Shown here: in pieces, positions 59,201-64,000 of the stretch
Layout of the letters: each line of letters begins with the position of its first letter
Numbering within the stretch: the stretch's first letter is position 1
Assembly: GCF_902713615.1 (NCBI RefSeq)
Contig: NW_024055479.1
Location: 186,001-250,000, forward strand
DNA: 64,000 nt
From: Scyliorhinus canicula
Taxonomy: Eukaryota
Direction: 5' to 3'
Notes under the pieces: model-generated
What the model saw: only the letters and a program-made list of their open reading frames with translations
Databases searched by the model: none
What the model was told of the DNA's origin: nothing
Translations under genes and position numbers: made by a program

Positions 59201-60713
59201 CTCTACTACTCTCTCTCAGTCAATCACTCACCTGCACTCACTCTCCTACCCTCACTCAGTTACTCACTCACCCACACTCACTCTCCTACCCACACTCAGT
59301 TACTCACTCACCCTCCTATCCTCACTCAGGAACTCACTCATCCACACATACACTCCTCCACTCACTCAGTTACTTACTCATCCACAATCACTCGTCTACC
59401 CTCACTCAATTACTCACTCACGCACACTCACACTCGTACCCTCACTCAGTTACTCACTCACCCGCACTCACTCTCCTACACTCACTCAGTTACTCACTCA
59501 CCCACACTCACCCCCCTACCCTCACTCAGGTACTCACTCACCTGCACTCACTCTCCTGCCCTCACTTTCTCACACGCACTCACTCTCCTTCACTCACTCA
59601 GTGACTCACTCACCCACACCCACTTTACTGCACTCACTTAGTTACTCACTCACTCGCACTCACCCTCCTACCCTCACTCAGTTACTCACTCGCACAAACT
59701 CACTCTCCTACCTTCACTCACTTACTCACTCATCCACACTCACACTCCTCCCTTCACTCAGTTGTTCACTCACCAGCACTCACTCTCCTACCCTCACTCA
59801 CTCATGTGCATCCACTCTGCTACCCTCACTCAGTTACTCATTCACCCACACTCAATGTCCAGACCCTCACTTAGTTGCTCCCTCACCAGCACTCACTCTC
59901 CTACCCTCAGTCAGTTACTCACTCACCCGCACTCACTTTCCTACCGTCACTCAGTTACTCTCTCACCCACACTCAATCTCCTACCCTCACTCAGTTACTC
60001 ACCCACACTCACTCTCCGTCACTCACTCAGTTATTCCATCACCCGCTCTCACTCTCCCACCCTCACTCAATTACCCACTCACCCGAATTCCCTCTGTTAC
60101 ACTCACTCAGTTAGTCACTCACCCGCACTCACTCTCCTACCCTCACTCAGTTACCCACTCACCGGCATTCACTCTCTCACCCTCACTCAGTTAGTCACTC
60201 ACCCGCACTCACTCTCCTACCCTCACTCAGTTACTTACCCACACTCACTCTCCTGCTCTCACTCATTTATTCCATCACCCGCACTCACTCTCCTACTCTC
60301 AATCAGCTCCCACTCGCCCTCACTCACTCTCCTACCCTCACTCAGTTACTCACTCACCCGCACTCACTCTACAACCTTCACTCATTTATTGACTCACCCA
60401 AACTTACTCTCCTACCCTCACTCAGTTACTCACTCACCCACATCACTCTCCTACCCTCACTCAGTTACTCACTCACCCGCACTCACTCTACTACCCTCAC
60501 TCAGTTACTCACTCACCGGCACTCATCTCCTACCCTCACTCATTTATTCACTCCCCCAAACTTACTCTCCTACCCTCACTCAGCTACCCACTCACCCACA
60601 CTCAATCTCCTACACGCATTCAGTTACTCACTCACTCTCCTACCCTCACTCAGTTAGTCCCTCACTCGCTCTTAATCTCCTACCCTCACTCAGTTACTCA
60701 CTCACCCGCACTC
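56220..60713 (+). repeat. 40-bp minisatellite array, C-rich on + strand, with about 1.1-kb higher-order repeats
   Basis: Consensus CACTCACTCTCCTACCCTCACTCAGTTACTCACTCACCCG; marker GTTGTTC at 57522, 58634 and 59761. Confidence 0.95.
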
Positions 60714-60813
60714 NNNNNNNNNNNNNNNNNNNNNNNNNNNNNNNNNNNNNNNNNNNNNNNNNNNNNNNNNNNNNNNNNNNNNNNNNNNNNNNNNNNNNNN
60801 NNNNNNNNNNNNN
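60714..60813. other. Assembly gap (100 N)
   Basis: Run of exactly 100 N. Confidence 0.99.
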
Positions 60814-63800
60814 GAGTGGGTAACTGAGTGACGGTAGGAAAGTGAGTGCGGGTGAGTGAGTAACTGACTGAGGGTAGGAGAGTGAGTGCTGGTGAGGGAG
60901 CAACTAAGTGAGGGTCTGGACATTGAGAGTGGGTGAATGAGTAACTGAGTGAGGGTAGCAGAGTGGATGCACATGAGTGAGTGAGGGTAGGAGAGTGAGT
61001 GCTGGTGAGTGAACAACTGAGTGAAGGGAGGAGTGTGAGTGTGGATGAGTGAGTAAGTGAGTGAAGGTAGGAGAGGGAGTTTGTGCGAGTGAGTAACTGA
61101 GTGAGGGTAGGAGGGTGAGTGCGAGTGAGTGAGTAACTAAGTGAGTGCAGTAAAGTGGGTGTGGTCACTGAGTGTGGGAAGGAGAGTGAGTGCGTGTGAG
61201 AAAGTGAGGGCAGGAGAGTGAGTGCAGGTGAGTGAGTACCTCAGTGAGGGTAGGGGAGTGAGTGCGGGTGAGTGTGTAACTGAGTGAGTGTAGGAGACTG
61301 AGTACGGGTGAGTGAGTAACTGAGTGAGGGCACGAGTGTGAGTGTGCGTGAGTGAGTAATTGAGTGAGGGTAGATGAGTGATTGTGGATGAGTAAGTAAC
61401 TGAGTGAGTGGAGGAGTGTATGTGTGGATGAGTGAGTTCCTGAGTGAGGATAGGAGGGTGAGTGTGGGTGAGTGAGTAACTGAGTGAGGGTAGGAGAGTG
61501 AGTGTGGGTGAGTGATTGACTGATAGAGAGTAGTAGAGAGAGTGCGGGTGAGTGAGTAACTGAGTGAGGGTAGGAGAGTGATTGCAGGTGAGTGATTGAG
61601 TGAGAGTAGGAGAGTGAGTGTGGGTGAGTGAGTAACTGAGTGAGGGTAGGAGGATGAGTGCAGGTGAGTGAGTAACTGACTGAGGGTAGCAGAGTGGGTG
61701 CACATGAGTGAGTGAGGGAAGGAGAGTGAGTGCTGGTGAGTGAACAACTGAGTGAAGGGAGGAGTGTGAGTGTGGATGAGTGAGTAAGTGAGTGAAGGTA
61801 GGAGAGTGAGTTTGTGCGAGTGAGTAACTGAGTGAGGGTAGGAGGGTGAGTGCGAGTGAGTGAGTAACTAAGTGAGTGCAGTAAAGTGGGTGTAGGTGAG
61901 TGAGTCACTAAGTGAGGGCAGGAGAGTGAGTGCAGGTGAGTGAGTACCTGAGTGAGGGTAGGGGAGTGAGTGTGGGTGAGTGAGTAACTGAGTGAGCGTA
62001 GGAGACTGAGTACGCGTGAGTGAGTAGCTGAGTGAGGGTACGAGTGTGAGTGTGCGTGAGTGAGTAATTGAGTGAGGGTAGACGAGTGATTGTGGATGAG
62101 TAACTGAGTGAGTGGAGGAGTGTATGTGTGGATGAGTGAGTTCCTGAGTGAGGATAGGAGGGTGAGTGTGGGTGAGAGAGTAACTGAGTGAGGGTAGGAG
62201 AGTGAGTGCTGGTGAGTGATTGACTGAGTGAGGGTAGTAGAGTAAGTGCGGGTAAGAGAGTAACTGAGTGAGGGTAGGAGAGTGAGTGTGGGTGAGTGAT
62301 TGACTGAGAGAGGGTAGTAGAGAGAGTGCGGGTGGGTGAGTAACTGAGTGAGGGGAGGAGAGTGATTGCAGGTGAGTGATTGAGTGAGGGTAGGAGAGTG
62401 AGTGTGGGTGAGTGAGTAACTGAGTGAGGGAAGGAGGATGAGTGCAGGTGAGTGAGTAAGTGAGTGAGGGTAGGAGACTGAGTGCGGGTAAGTGAGTAAG
62501 TGAGTGAGGGTAGGAGAGTGAGTGTGGGTGATTGAGTAACTGAGTGAGGGTAGGAGAGTGAGTGTGGGTGATTGAGTAACTGGGTGAGGGTAGGAGAGTG
62601 AGTGCGGGTGAGTGAGTAACTGAGTGAGGGTTGGAGAGTGAGTGCGGGGGAATGAGTAATTGAGTGAGAGTAGTAGAGTGAGTGTGGGTGAATGAATAAC
62701 TGAGTGAGGGTAGGAGAGTGAGTGTGTGCCAGTGAGTAACTGAGTTAAGGTAGCAGAGTACGAGCGGGTGAGTGATTAGCTGAGTGAGTGTAGGAGAGTG
62801 AGTGAGTAACTGAGTGAGGGTAGGAGAGAGAGTGCGGGTGTGGGAATAACTGAGTGAGTGTAGGAGAGTGGGAGCGGGTGAGTGAGTAAGTGAATGAGGG
62901 TAGGAGATTGAGTGTGGGTGAGTGAGTAACTGAGTCAGGGTCGGAGATTGATTGCGGGTAAGTGGGTAGCTGAGTGAGGGTCGGAGAGCGGGTGCAGTGA
63001 GTGAGTAACTGAGTGAGGGTAGCAGATTGAGTGCGAGTGAGTGAGTAACTAAGTGAGGGTAGGTGAGTGGGTGTGGGTGAGTGAGTAACTGAGTGAGGGT
63101 AGGAGAGTGAGTGCAGGTGAGTGAGTAACTGAGTGAGGGTAGGAGAGTGAGTGTGGGTGAGTGAGTAACTGAGTGAGGGTAGGCAAGTGAGTGCAGGTGA
63201 GTGATTAACTGAGTGATGGTAGGAGAGTGAGTGCGGGTGAGTGATTAACTGAGTGAGTGTAACAGAGGGAATGCGGGTGAGTGGGTAATTGAGTGAGGGT
63301 AGGAGAGTGAGTGCTGGTGAGTGAACAACTGAGTGAAGGGAGGAGTGTGAGTGTGGATGAGTGAGTAAGTGAGTGAAGGTAGGAGAATGAGTTTGTGCGA
63401 GTGAGTAACAGAGTGAGGGTAGGAGGGTGAGTGCGAGTGAGTGAGTAACTAAGTGAGTGCAGTAAAGTGGGTGTAGGTGAGTGAGTCACTGAGTGAGGGA
63501 AGGAGAGTGAGTGCGTGTGAGAAAGTGAGGGCAGGAGAGTGAGTGCAGGTGAGTGAGTACCTGAGTGAGGGTAGGGGAGTGAGTGTGGGTGAGTGAGTAA
63601 CTGAGTGAGCGTAGGAGACTGAGTACGGGTGAGTGAGTAACTGAGTGAGGGTACGAGTGTGAGTGTGCGTGAGTGAGTAATTGAGTGAGGGTAGACGAGT
63701 GATTGTGGATGAGTAACTGAGTGAGTGGAGGAGTGTATGTGTGGATGAGTGAGTTCCTGAGTGAGGATAGGAGGGTGAGTGTGGGTGAGTGAGTAACTGA

Positions 63801-64000
63801 GTGAGGGTAGAAGAGTGAGTGCAGGTGAGTGATTGACTGAGTGAGGGTAGTAAAGTAAGTGCGGGTAAGAGAGTAACTGAGTGAGGGTAGGAGAGTGAGT
63901 GTGGGTGAGTGATTGACTGAGAGAGGGTAGTAGAGAGAGTGCGGGTGAGTGAGTAACTGAGTGAGGGTAGGAGAGTGATTGCAGGTGAGTGATTGACTGA
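60814..64000 (-). repeat. Same 40-bp minisatellite array in the opposite orientation (G-rich on + strand), running to the window end
   Basis: GAGTGAGTAACTGAGTGAGGGTAGGAGAGTGAGTG units; the same higher-order marker (GAACAAC) at 61011, 61742 and 63323. Confidence 0.95.

Noticed and set aside
56220-64000. CRISPR-like array or long Thr/His/Ser/Leu-rich ORFs (up to 543 aa)
   Set aside because: Units are contiguous tandem repeats with no unique spacers and no cas genes in a vertebrate context; the ORFs are stop-free by-products of the TCAC-rich repeat.

Overview
Repeat-dense vertebrate genomic DNA, almost certainly from a shark or other elasmobranch. This is inferred from the shark-type IgM VH sequence and the HE1/V-SINE, CR1 and Penelope repeat complement. 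Roughly 1-45 kb is a transposon-riddled cluster of KRAB-less C2H2 zinc-finger genes and pseudogenes. It includes two head-to-head units and an inverted segmental duplication, mixed with L1-like, CR1, L2, Rex1/Babar, RTE and Penelope-like retroelements, many SINEs and two MITEs. At 51.4-52.8 kb lies one immunoglobulin heavy-chain cluster on the + strand: leader exon, an intact IgM-type VH exon already fused in frame to a D1-like segment (the V RSS and V-D1 interval are absent), a 22-bp-spacer RSS, a 12/12-RSS D2 and a 23-RSS JH with a splice donor. No constant exons are present in the window. The J-C intron carries a degenerate triplicated unit, a CA/CT-rich tract and a >7.5-kb strand-skewed 40-bp minisatellite that flips orientation across a 100-N gap. 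The most notable observations are the apparently germline pre-joined V-D1, minimal hammerhead ribozyme motifs in Penelope terminal repeats, and the skewed intronic array.
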